Origin: Eledone cirrhosa
Lineage: Eukaryota
Length of the DNA: 64,000 nucleotides
Reading direction: 5' to 3'
Assembly: GCA_964016885.1 (NCBI GenBank)
Contig: OZ024743.1
Location: 15,872,001 to 15,936,000 of the forward strand
Within the stretch, counting starts at the first letter, position 1. The number at the start of each line of letters is the position of its first letter. The notes beneath the pieces are model-generated. The model had not been told where the DNA came from. It did no database searches and was given only the letters and a program-made list of their open reading frames with translations. A program made the translations under genes and the position numbers. This document shows, piece by piece, positions 1 to 12,396 of this stretch.

Positions 1-189
1 GATCAATACAAATATAATTATGTGCCAAGAAATATTTCTTGAATGTGCAGAGTAATAGATAGGTAGATAGATAGAAACATTCGTAGATAAACAAATAAAT
101 AAATAGATATGCCAGAAAAACTAGTTATAGCCAGAAATAGGCAAGTTGCTATTTTTTAATGGCTCTGCATATGTTCACACACGCGCGTG

Positions 190-324
190 CATGGACACAC
201 ACACACACATATATATATATATGTATGTATATCTATTTATATATATGATATGTTATATATATATGTACACACACACACACGCATATATATATATACACAC
301 ACACATATATATATATATACACAC

Positions 325-409
<85 letters not shown>

Positions 410-415
410 GTGTGT
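190..415. repeat. (CA)n/(TA)n compound microsatellite, representative of many such tracts in the window
   Basis: Dinucleotide runs seen directly; they generate the YI/HT/CV pseudo-ORFs. Confidence 0.95.
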
Positions 416-2430
416 CTCCATCCAATCCTTTCTCACAATGAAAAAGGATATTAAATAATGATGATGATATATCTATATATCTATGTGTGTGTATGTAATC
501 AATATTTTACACAATACTTTCATACCAGAATACTATATTTCTCAGCTGTTTACTGGTGATCATGTCTTCATCACCTACTTCTTGCAGTGCTTCATATTAT
601 TTATGCTACCAGGACATCTTTAACCAAAAGTATATAACACTTTGTTCCGAATTACACATAGAGATTTGATATCAAACTGGTTGCACATATAACCATTCCA
701 GTGCAGCTGTTTACGATGTGTTTCTTTTTTCACTCATATTCTTCTGTCATATAGATGGTGAAGCATTTTCTGGTTCTGTCTGTCACTAGATCATAAATCA
801 TCACTTTGCTATCTTTCCTATGTAGGGCATTGTTGGCCTAGCTACAATCCCTGTGATGAAAATATTTTGATTTTGATTACTTATTCATTTTATGAGCAAA
901 TTGACACCAGAATTAGGGCTGATGGTAATCGATTAATGTCTTGAGCTGATCTGTTGCAACACATGTGTTTCACACACTGATTTATATGGACTATTGTTGT
1001 TCAAATGCAATTGGCTCACCTAATAATTAATCATTAAAATAATAGTAAAAAACTTGTGTAAGGTACTTATGGAGAAGTAAAAACCTGGACAGAAGAACGA
1101 AGCACTCATGAGGAACTGAACACTGTACTTATGATTGCTATGTGAGTGCATTAACCAGCATATATAAGGGATACCTAGCTAATAGTAGTGATAATGTTGA
1201 ATATTTTAAGCCTCAAGCTAGTAAAGATGCAGTTGACTTAAGAAAAATTGTGATGATTTGAAATGTAAAACCCATATGATTATTATTGTAGTCATCTATG
1301 ATGGGACAACTACATTTCAAATCTCACATTTTCTCACTGCTTGTTAAACTAATCAGATGTTCACTTTTCTAGCTACAGGCTGGAAATCATCTAGAAAATG
1401 ACTATGAGTAGCCAGAGATGCCATAGTTTAATGGTCAACACACTTGATCAGCATCTGTGAAATACAGAGGTCAATTGATCACAGAGAACTTTCTACAAAT
1501 TTTCCCTCTCAAAAGACACTTTATCAAATGCTTCCAACTATAATATATTGTGATTGACTATCATTGTAGTCATGTGCGTTGGGACAACTGCATTTCAAAT
1601 TACAAATCTGCCAAATACTTCTAAGCTCAACTGGATTTATCATCATCATTATTATTTAACACCCTTTTTCCAAGCAACCAAGGGTTCAACATCATCATCG
1701 TTTAACGTCCATCTTCCATCCTAGCATACACACATATAAATATATATATATGTACATGTCGAACCCTTGCTACATAATAGTTGAAGTTGGTGGCAATATC
1801 CATTGAAACACGCACCCTATTAATTATATATTCATATACATATATGTGTGTGTATATCGTTTAACGTCTATGATAATATGTATATATACGTATAATCAGT
1901 GTGCTATATTATTGGTTATTGTTAACAATTGCATACTCAAGAAATTCTTAATGAAACAGATTTAATATTTCTCATGTATGCAATGTATAAAACTCTGTCA
2001 TTTTAGTTTATTGCATGTTGTCCATCTCTCTCTCCCACTTCCTCTCATTCAGTTTTAATGTCTATTTACATAGTATGTTGGCAGGTTATCAGCTTAAAAC
2101 TCAAATATAACAAAAACGAAATCTAACCAAAAGAAAAAGGAAATATAAACAACAAGAAATTTAGATACCATATGCTGATACACACAAAAAAAAACAAAGA
2201 CAAACTAATCCTTATTTGTTTTTTATACCACTCCCTCAAATATATGTTATATATGTTAAGTTTAGCTATTTCATTGCTTCAAATATCAGATCTTATAAGA
2301 GAAAGAAACATACATCCATGCATACCTTAACACGAACATCAACTCTGCCTCCATGGGAGCTCACATATACTACAATTCTTTTCTCGCGCACACTTGACCA
2401 GGTTGGTTGTTCCTTTTTTTATCTCTTGTC

Positions 2431-2613
2431 TACGATTTCACAGAAATTATGTTCACCGAATTCAGGGACTAGACTCCTTCTTCCTCCCGTTTGACCTGTG
2501 CGGTATTCTTTCCTTGTTCACATTTCGACTAGGTTTGATGGCCTTTATTCTCTCTCGTCCACGATTTCACAGAACTTATATTCACCGAATCTGAGACTTG
2601 ACTCCTTCTTCCT
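2431..2613 (+). repeat. Diverged direct repeat (~55-bp core, ~130-bp spacing)
   Basis: ACGATTTCACAGAA..TTCACCGAAT..GACTCCTTCTTCCTC at ~2432 and ~2561. Confidence 0.7.
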
Positions 2614-2754
2614 CACTTTTCGTTGCATTACCATCTTTGATGGTGAAGGACTAACTTTATTCAAATGTAACCCATTTGCAACCACGCACCACGTTTTGTT
2701 TATATATATATATATATATATATTATTATGTAATAAACAACATAAGGCAATTAT

Positions 2755-2812
2755 TCCATTTACCAGTGGTTTCTTAAAAGCAAAAGGTTTTGCTTTCAAT
2801 CCTCAGAATGAA
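2755..2812 (-). ncRNA. Minimal type I hammerhead ribozyme (PLE pLTR)
   Basis: ttcatt-CTGAGGA-ttgaaagcaaaa/ttttgcttttaa (stem II)-GAAA-ccactgg-TA-aatgga; GUA cleavage triplet; near-palindromic stem III. Confidence 0.85.
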
Positions 2813-3247
2813 AAATCCTGGTTTGTTTATTGAATATGGATTCGAAAAGCAAAAATGCAATCTATATGAAAGTGAGGCTGGAAAAGGGAGAAGGAAAGGA
2901 AAAATAAAATAAAACTACACATGCAAACACACACAAAAAAACACAAAAGCATACTTACACATACATACATATATACATATATATAAATGTACGCATACAC
3001 ATATACATATACACATATGTATGTATGAATGTATGTATGTGTATATGTGTGTATATATGTGTATGTGTGTGTAGGTGTACGCTTTATATATATACACATA
3101 TATATATATATATAAAGCGTACACCTACACACACATACACATATATACACACATATACACATACATACATTCATACATACACACACACACACACACATAT
3201 ATACACACACACACACACATACACACACACACATATATACATGTACA

Positions 3248-3329
<82 letters not shown>

Positions 3330-3711
3330 TATGTGTTTGTACAAGCACACACATACACACACACATATATATACACATACATACATTCACACAAACATAC
3401 AACGTACATACATACACATACATGAATGCACTCCACTACATATTCACACACACAAATAAATATAAGAAAAAAATATATAAATATATATTAACAAATTTTT
3501 GACAGCGATACATGCCCCAGCTAACAGGACAGACACGCGTGGTAAGTAATACACACAAAAGCACATATACATACGTACGAAATAGTAAACACATACACAC
3601 ACTCTCACACATAAATATACATATACAAATACATAAACACGTACATACACATACATACACAAACACGTACACGTATATAATATAAACACACACATGTATA
3701 TGTAATTATAT

Positions 3712-3766
<55 letters not shown>

Positions 3767-4006
3767 CAGAAATATAAAAATATAAACGCACGCACACATA
3801 TAAATACGTAAACACACATATACATACATAGCTAAACAATTATACACATGCAAATACGTATATAACAAAAGCACGCACAACCAAATACAAACACACACAC
3901 ACACACACACACACCCACACACACCCACACATACATAACAATAAATAAATACACACACACACATATACATACATACACATACATATACACATATATACAT
4001 ATATAT

Positions 4007-4060
<54 letters not shown>

Positions 4061-4085
4061 GATTTAAATATAACTTTCCATATAT

Positions 4086-4128
<43 letters not shown>

Positions 4129-4273
4129 TACACGTACACATACACACATGCATACACATACACACACACATATACATGTGTGTATGTGTAAAGCTCAGTA
4201 TTAGATAAGACAAATGAACCTTACATAAACGTATATATAGTAGTCAAGTAATAAAGCCATACAAGGCAATTAA

Positions 4274-4331
4274 TCCATTCACCAGAGGTTTCTTAAAAGC
4301 AAAAAAAGTTTCCTTCAATCTTCAGAATGAA
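4274..4331 (-). ncRNA. Hammerhead motif, variant with GUG at the cleavage site
   Basis: ttcatt-CTGAAGA-stem II-GAAA-cctctgg-TG-aatgga. Confidence 0.7.
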
Positions 4332-4406
4332 AAAAAGCCTGGTTTATCCACATATACATACATATACACACACAAATATACAATTATATACACACATACA
4401 CACACG

Positions 4407-4451
<45 letters not shown>

Positions 4452-4718
4452 GTATATATATATATATATATATACATACACAAACATATACATACACATA
4501 TACATACATACACATATATATATACACACAAAAATACATACACATACACATAGGTATGTGAAGGGCAAAACAAAAAGAATATATGGGGGGGGGGGGCTAA
4601 GAGGAGGTAAAAATATAAGGGGAGGTAAGGGAGAACAAAATGTTTAAATATACAAGAGTACAGAAGGTAGAATCAGCAAAATAAAAACCGTAGCAAAAGT
4701 AAAGAGCAGAGAAGGGGT

Positions 4719-5220
4719 TCAAGGTGGTTGATTTATCGTAGGAGTGTCAATCCAGTTACAGATCAGATGCGATTTCAGATGAGGACAGCATCTGAAGATC
4801 TCAGTCTTTGAGTTAAGGCAAGCGGAAGTGGCTCTCAAGTTTAGCAAAATCCTATATTTTTCTATGGTACACAAAGAACAATTCTTTGTGCCCCTTTGGT
4901 ACTCCCTCGAATGGTCTAATATAGACCAATCAATAGAGTACGGGATATTACTATCCTTGAGATCCCATACCTTACTTGCGAGGGCCGTTGATGTTCGTTT
5001 ATCTGAGTGTTTAAAAGAAGCGACATGTGAGTAAAATCTGGTTTTAAACCTGTCCTGGGTCATACCGACATATCGCTCACTTCTGGCTGGCTGGTTGTTG
5101 ATAACTGGCGTTATCTTAGCCTCATAGACGACAGATTTTGTGTTACATTTACCCTGCAATGGGCATTCATCCGGCTTCCTGCAACTGCATCCTGGATTTA
5201 TCCTCGTACGGTTTGAACTG
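4719..5220 (-). pseudogene. PLE C-terminal fragment: CxCx5Cx5C linker plus GIY-YIG endonuclease
   Basis: CSCRKPDECPLQGKC-NTKSVVYEAKI...YVGMTQDRFKTRFYSH...CSLCTIEK...CPH; the frame stays open upstream of the listed ORF. Confidence 0.85.
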
Positions 5221-5569
5221 GTTTCCGCTTGCCTTAACTCAAAGACTGAGATCTTCAGATGCTGTCCTCATCTGAAATCGCATCTGATCTGTAACTGGAT
5301 TGACACTCCTACGATAAATCAACCGCCTTGAACCCCTTCTCTGCTCTTTACTTTTGCTACGGTTTTTATTTTGCTGATTCTACTTTCTGTACTCTTGTAT
5401 ATTTAAACATTTTTTTCTCCCTTATCTCCCCTTATATTTTTACCTCCTCTTAGCCCCCCTCCCATATATTCTTTTTGTTTTGCCCTTCACATACCTATGT
5501 GTATGTGTATGTATTTTTGTGTGTATATATATATGTGTATGTATGTATATGTGTATGTATATGTTTGTG

Positions 5570-5656
<87 letters not shown>

Positions 5657-5726
5657 GTGTATGTGTGTATATAATTGTATATTTGTGTGTGTATATGTAT
5701 GTATATGTGGATAAACCAGGCTTTTT

Positions 5727-5784
5727 TTCATTCTGAAGATTGAAGGAAACTTTTTTTGCTTTTAAGAAACCTCTGGTGAATGGA
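5727..5784 (+). ncRNA. Hammerhead motif, GUG variant (inverted-arm copy of 4274-4331)
   Basis: ttcatt-CTGAAGA-ttgaagg..cttttaa-GAAA-cctctgg-TG-aatgga. Confidence 0.7.
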
Positions 5785-5957
5785 TTAATTGCCTTGTATG
5801 GCTTTATTACTTTACTACTATATATACGTTTATGTAAGGTTCATTTGTCTTATCTAATACTGAGCTTTACACATACACACATGTATATGTGTGTGTGTAT
5901 GTGTATGCATGTGTGTATGTGTACGTGTATGTGTGTGTATATACATATATATATATA

Positions 5958-5988
<31 letters not shown>

Positions 5989-6248
5989 GTGTATATATAT
6001 GTATATATATATGTATATGTATATATGTGTACGTATGTATATGTGTGCGTGTGTATTTATTTATTTTTATGTATGTGTGGGTGTGTGTGTGGGTGTGTGT
6101 GTGTGTGTGTGTTTGTATTTGGTTGTGCGTGCTTTTGATATATACGTATTTGCATGTGTATAATTGTTTAGCTATGTATGTATATGTGTGTTTACGTATT
6201 TATATGTGTGCGTGCGTTTATATTTTTATATTTTTGTATGTATGTATA

Positions 6249-6288
<40 letters not shown>

Positions 6289-6328
6289 ATATAAGATCAA
6301 AAGATGGTTAAAGGAGTTCCATGTATTT

Positions 6329-6389
6329 TATTATGCGCATTTCAAAAATAAACATCATCATGCAATAATATTTGTGTTTTCATCAGATA
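6329..6389 (-). ncRNA. Minimal type I hammerhead ribozyme
   Basis: tat-CTGATGA-AT-rich stem II-GAAA-TGCGCA-TA-ata; palindromic stem III (ATGCGCAT); overlaps AATAAA. Confidence 0.75.
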
Positions 6390-6489
6390 TAACAGGAGAA
6401 CATGATATGAAGGCTAAAAAACACTTGTGGATAGTGCAGTTTTAAATCAACATATGAAAAGTGGTTTTAGATTGATGTGTGATATTGGG

Positions 6490-6900
6490 AAAACATTTTT
6501 ATTTAGAGAGGGGGGGGTGGAAAGGATGAAAAAGGGAAGGAGATGAGAGGGAGAGATGGGTGATAGAGAGAAAGAGATAGTTTTTATAACTGAGAGGAGA
6601 TATATTGTTTTACATAGAGAGGTTGAAAACCGTTGGAAGATAATGTATAAATTAAAAAAATTTGAAAGTTAACGAAAGGAGGATATGTGCGAGGAAAAAG
6701 TATTTTATTTAGGGAGGAGGGTGGAAAGGATGAAAAAAAGAGGGGAGGAGATGAGAGTGAAGGTGGAGAGAGAGAGATGGGTGATAGAGAGAAAGAGATA
6801 GTTTTTATAACAGAGAGAAAGATATATTGTTTACATAGAGAGGTTGAGAACCGTTGGAAGATAATGTATAAATTAAAGGAATTTGAAAATTAACGAAGGG
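6490..6900 (+). repeat. ~220-bp tandem duplication in the PLE 3' UTR
   Basis: GAGAGATGGGTGATAGAGAGAAAGAGATAG...TTAACGAA occurs twice. Confidence 0.8.
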
Positions 6901-7418
6901 AATTTATGTATGAAGATAGAGAGAAGAAATAATAATTGTGGATGAATATTCTAACGTCAAAAAAGGGTATGTTGATAAGTATTGTGGCAATTTCAAAATT
7001 AACGAAGAGAAAAATTATTAAGGTTTGTGTGTAGAAGGATTTGAGAAAAATAATGTGAAGTTAAAGTTTGTATATTGGAGGAATTGATAATATATGCAAA
7101 TAAAGAGTTAATATGTATTAAGAATGAGTTCGTTGATGGGGAGAAAAAAATAATAAATTAAGGATGAAATTGAGATTAAAAAGATTTATGATAGAGAGAA
7201 AAAAATAATGATTGCGGATGAATATTCTAACGTCAAAAAACAGATGTATATGTTATGAAGGATTTTACAAGGTGAAGATAGAATGAGGGTAATGAGTAAA
7301 CAAGTATTATAGAGTGTATAATGCCCTTTAAAGTATGGTAGGCAGATGGGTATATTTTAAAGAGGTGTATGTATATGTGCCTTTGAGAAAAGATTCTAAA
7401 TTGATAAAGAATTGAATA

Positions 7419-8720
7419 TTAACTGTATACTTTGTGAAAAGTTCTATGGAATTTATGCAGGCAGATAGAAAACAAATCTGTACGTCTATTTATTATAGAA
7501 TCTAGGTTAGAGATAATGGTAAATTTTTCATTTAGGCAGAGATTACAGATTTTAGATAGAGAGCTGTTCAAGTATGAGGATGCAGAAGAAACCTTCTTCC
7601 AAAAGATGGTATATTTAATATTTTTGTCTTTTAAGGACCATATGAGTTCTGAGAGAGCAGTGTTGGTTCTTTTAAGTTTGTATTTGAAAGATGAATGATG
7701 ATTATAGAGACGAGCTTTAAAAGAGGTGGAAGTGGAGCCAAAATATGTGAAGGAATTGGTGCTAGTTATAATTTTACATTCATAAATTAAGTTTTTATCG
7801 AGACAATGGTTGTTGAGAGGACATTTATTTTTAATGCGGCAGTTGCAATTAGAGAGATTATTAATGAGTGACCTAGTGTTATCTATAGAAGGAATTGGAT
7901 TGGAGAAGTTGTTTGCGATAGGAATAATAGGAATAATAGTTTCTTGATTTAGAGTTGGATTATGAACATTTAGCGAAGTTGTGTTTGACGTTGTATTTGG
8001 GTTTATAGAAGTTAGCCTAGGGTTTACAATGACGTCGGGAGTACTATTACTGTTATTATGAAATTCAATGTTGGAAGGAAGAGATTTAGTATTTAGTATT
8101 TTATTGTTGTGTTTAGAGATGATGTTGGAAATATTGGAGGATGTGGAATAAGAAAATTTGATGGTGTGTTTGTTAAATATTTTACTATAGATATGTGAGG
8201 GAGGGAAGCATTTATTTAAGGCACTAAAAAATAATTTAGGAATATTGTTATTAATAGAGATGGAGAAAGGAGCATTATACCAGATTATGTTTTTGTATCT
8301 AGGTCTTTTATTAAAATTATTGGAATGATCATGATTAATTATTCTACTGTAAGTTTTTCTAGAATTTGTTTCTTTACTATATTTGATTTTATCTGGATAG
8401 CCGGCTTTAGAAAGTGCGTTATTATAGTAATTGGCGTTAGCATCAAAGATGTTTTTATTAGAGGATATGTTAGATATTCTTTTTCCAATATTACTAACTA
8501 TAGCATTCTTGATATTGGTAGGATGGTTAGATTTAAAGTTAACATAATTTAGGTTCTCATTGTTTTTATGGTAAGGGTAATATAGGCCAGTGTCAAGATT
8601 AAGAGATACATCCAAGAAATTAGCTAGTTTGATACTATTATCAAATTCAATTTTTAGGTTATGTTGGTTAAAGAGATTACGAATATTGTTCTTAATAATA
8701 TTAAGGTTAACTATATTGCA
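7419..8720 (-). pseudogene. PLE RT C-terminus/thumb, CxCx5Cx5C linker and GIY-YIG endonuclease (5'-truncated)
   Basis: NFLDVSLNL..YPYHK..YVNFKSNHP; IIWYNAPFS; CNCRIKNKCPLNNHC; LIY..YFGST..FKARLYNH; CNLCLNEK. Confidence 0.9.
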
Positions 8721-9130
8721 ATTTATATATATATGTGTGTGTGTGTGTATATAATTACATATACATGTGTGTGTTTATATTATATACGTGTACGTGTTTG
8801 TGTATGTATGTGTATGTACGTGTTTATGTATTTGTATATGTATATTTATGTGTGAGAGTGTGTGTATGTGTTTACTATTTCGTACGTATGTATATGTGCT
8901 TTTGTGTGTATTACTTACCACGCGTCTGTCCTGTTAGCTGGGGCATGTATCGCTGTCAAAAATTTGTTAATATATATTTATATATTTTTTTCTTATATTT
9001 ATTTGTGTGTGTGAATATGTAGTGGAGTGCATTCATGTATGTGTATGTATGTACGTTGTATGTTTGTGTGAATGTATGTATGTGTATATATATGTGTGTG
9101 TGTATGTGTATGCTTGTACACACACATATA

Positions 9131-9197
<67 letters not shown>

Positions 9198-9480
9198 ATG
9201 TATGAATGTATGTATGTGTATATGTGTGTATATATGTGTATGTGTGTGTAGGTGTACGCTTTATATATATATATATGTGTATATGTATATGTGTACGCGT
9301 ACATTTATATATATGTATATATGTATGTGTGTGTAAGTATGCTTTTGTGGGTTTTTTGGTGTGTGTTTGCATGTGTAGTTTTATTTTATTTTTCCTTTCC
9401 TTCTCCCTTTTCCAGCCTCACTTTCATATAGATTGCATTTTTGATTTTCGAATCCATTTTCAATAAACAAACCAGGATTT

Positions 9481-9538
9481 TTCATTCTGAGGATTGAAAG
9501 CAAAACCTTTTGCTTTTAAGAAACCACTGGTAAATGGA
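9481..9538 (+). ncRNA. Minimal type I hammerhead ribozyme (inverted-arm copy of 2755-2812)
   Basis: ttcatt-CTGAGGA-12-bp stem II-GAAA-ccactgg-TA-aatgga. Confidence 0.85.
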
Positions 9539-9641
9539 ATAATTGCCTTATGTTGTTTATTACATAATAATAATAATTAAGCTCTGTTGCATACATAGAG
9601 CACTCTTTTTTCCTGGACTTTTCCGATGGAATTACTTCATT

Positions 9642-9743
<102 letters not shown>

Positions 9744-9889
9744 AAAATGTTCAAGACCCCGATGGCAGAGCTCAAGCCGTTTCAACGGCTATTTCTTGTC
9801 CAGAAATAGCCGCTGAATAGGCTTGAACATTTTCCTATTACCCACTATACTACCCAAAGTATTGAGTACTCTGGTGCATTATGGTCCAC

Positions 9890-10545
9890 CTGGTTCCTTA
9901 CCACACTTCCTTCATTATATATATGTATGTGTGTGTGGAACAGTCTGCTCCTACTTGTATCTGGAATTCCTCACTAAACTCCATTCCTACCCTCACTTTA
10001 CTGATAGCACCTCTGTACAAAGCTTGCACTGTCCTCACAAGACACTCCTCAATGCCTAGTTTCCTTAGGGACGACCAGATGACAGCTTGGGTTACCCTAT
10101 AAAAGACCTTCTCTAGGTCAACAAAAGCTAAATATAGGGGCTTATTCTTCTCTAAGAACTGCTCTTGTAATTGTCTCACTAAGAAGAGGGCATATATTGT
10201 ACTTTTCCCAGGCACAAAACCAAACTGCATCGCATATGGTTTGACCCTTTCTCTAATTAGTTGTGCTAATATTCTCTCTGTCACTTTCATAACCTGATCC
10301 ATCAGTTTCATGTCTCTATAACTGCTCCTCTCCAGAGCATCCGTTTTACCTTTGTAGCAATTTATGAGAATACTGCTCCACCAGTCTTTGGGTATGACTC
10401 CACCATATGTAGCTTGACTGACGATGAGTACCTACTTCTCCTGATGCCTTCAGCATCTCAGCAACTATCCCTGACGGTCAAGCTACCTTACCATTTTTCA
10501 TTTCCTTAATTGCCTCTTGGACCCTATAGTCATCAATCTTAATAG
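9890..10545 (-). mobile_element. RTE-clade LINE, RT fragment
   Basis: AIKEMKNGK; MQFGFVPGKST..FLVRQLQE..LYLAFVDLEK; closely related to 15475-16128. Confidence 0.85.
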
Positions 10546-10787
10546 CTGGTCCCTCTTTCGGGTCTACTGTATATATCTGTGTGTATGAGATTATATATGT
10601 ATGTGTATGTAAATGTGTACATATATATGTGTTTATATGTATGGGTATGTATATGTGTATATGTATATGTGTATATGTGTATATATATATGTATGTGTAT
10701 ATAAATGTGTACATATATGTATGTGTATGTAAATGTGTACATATATATGTGTTTATATGTATGGGTATGTATATGTGTATATGTATA

Positions 10788-10850
<63 letters not shown>

Positions 10851-10943
10851 GTATATGTGTATATGCATATATATGTAGTTGTGTACATATATATGCGGAT
10901 AGGTGTATGCGTGCATGTATACGTGTATATATATATGTATATT

Positions 10944-10979
<36 letters not shown>

Positions 10980-11493
10980 TATATTTGTGTCTGTGTATGT
11001 ATATGTATGCATATGTATGCATTGGTGCATACTTATGCACTGGCCTAAATCTTTTACTATTTTAATAACCTCTGTCATTTTCGTTTAACAACTTTATTTA
11101 CATTTTCTTAAACTCTGGAGCTGAGAATCATTCAGTTATTCTAAATAGAATTTTAGTCTAATGACTCCATTTATACCATAAATGTGTTTTTGTCTTTGCA
11201 TGAAATTGTTCTCATTGCTCCATGTAACGACATAATTATGATCGTTTTTTTTCTTCCGTTCATTGCCTGGGAACGTCTTCACGAACCAAAGCATGATCTT
11301 TTTCCTTCTGTTTTCCTTCGTTGAAATCGGCGGTAGCTAATGGTCAACTTCCTTCGGACATGCGCCTGCGGAGACCGGTGGGGGTGAATTGGTACTCACA
11401 GGGGAACAGATGAAGAACCCAAAAGCACACACTTCGTCCGTTCCCATGTCGATTCAACATTGCCTCGGAAACATAAGCTTATTATGTAACAAG

Positions 11494-11565
11494 CTGTCTG
11501 ATGATGTCACGACACTCGCACACAGAACAGTGTGGCGAGTGTCGTCATTGAAATATATATCACAG
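11494..11565 (+). ncRNA. Type I hammerhead ribozyme candidate with long GC-rich stem II
   Basis: ctgt-CTGATGA-tgtc-ACGACACTCGC..GCGAGTGTCGT-catt-GAAA-TATATA-TC-acag; base of stem II is imperfect. Confidence 0.65.
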
Positions 11566-11595
11566 AATTATTATTAAAGGACTTAAATTATTAAA

Positions 11596-11790
11596 GGCGG
11601 TAGATTGGCAGTATCGGTAGAGGGTCGGACGTCATTCTTTGATGCATAGAGTTACGGCCCTTGCCATTCTGAGTTCAAATCCAGCTGAGGTTAACTTTGC
11701 CTTTCATCCTTACGGGGTCGATAAAATAAAGTACCAGTAATGTACTGGGTAATTGCTGGCCTTGTGCCAATAGTAGAAACAATTATTATT
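11596..11790 (+). mobile_element. tRNA-derived SINE, full length, (ATT)n tail
   Basis: A box TGGCAGTATCGG, B box GTTCAAATCC, conserved CTTTCATCCTTACGGGGTCGATAAAAT body; flanking duplication ATTATTAAAGGACTT; about 10 copies in the window. Confidence 0.9.
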
Positions 11791-11908
11791 AAAGGACTTG
11801 AACATCTGAAACTACTTCGCTTTTACTTATTCGATATTTACTCCGTCACTCCTATGTGGAAAAAGTACGTTGAGTGCTTGAATTGAATTGCATCAATATT
11901 TACCCTAA

Positions 11909-11971
<63 letters not shown>

Positions 11972-12352
11972 TAACTCCATTAAACCACACACAGAAACAC
12001 ACATTTATTATATTTATTTTAATATCAAATTTGCATTCACCAAATTCATATTAAACCCCAACTTATTAAATTTAATACGATTTGTATAACTATTTCTCAT
12101 TGAACTGATTATATTAATCTCATACAGAAAAATCCTTTCAAGATTATATAACGTTTTCCCTAAAATTAGTCAAACTTGTAAACCTCGATTTTATATTTCT
12201 ACTTTCTATTTTCATATCTACTGTATTTTAATCCATTTAAATGTTACCTATGATAATTTATATTATAGCTTATATCATATAGCTTATACAATTAAACGTA
12301 TATATTCATATAGCATCAAACACTCTCTCTCTCTCCCTCTCTCTCTCTCTCC

Positions 12353-12396
<44 letters not shown>

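Larger units (their letters stand above)
6288..8724 (-). mobile_element. Second 5'-truncated Penelope-like element, inserted into a (TA)n tract of the first element's pLTR
   Basis: RT thumb plus GIY-YIG ORF; 3' UTR with HHR and AATAAA; host pLTR sequence resumes at ~8725. Confidence 0.85.
2725..9640 (-). mobile_element. 5'-truncated Penelope-like element with an inverted pseudo-LTR (arms ~2725-4828 and 5221-9640; right arm interrupted by a second PLE at 6288-8724)
   Basis: GIY-YIG ORF end on minus strand. 5221-6287 plus 8725-9565 is the reverse complement of 4828-2725. Two HHR motifs per arm. (TA)n flanks. Confidence 0.85.

Noticed and set aside
1050-1150. Possible exon ending at GTGAGT
   Set aside because: Weak acceptor and no recognisable peptide
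5140-5331. 63-aa plus-strand ORF ending like the GIY-YIG protein
   Set aside because: Chimera created by the inversion junction at ~5221
11596-11700. tRNA gene
   Set aside because: A and B boxes are present, but no cloverleaf or poly-T terminator; it is a SINE head
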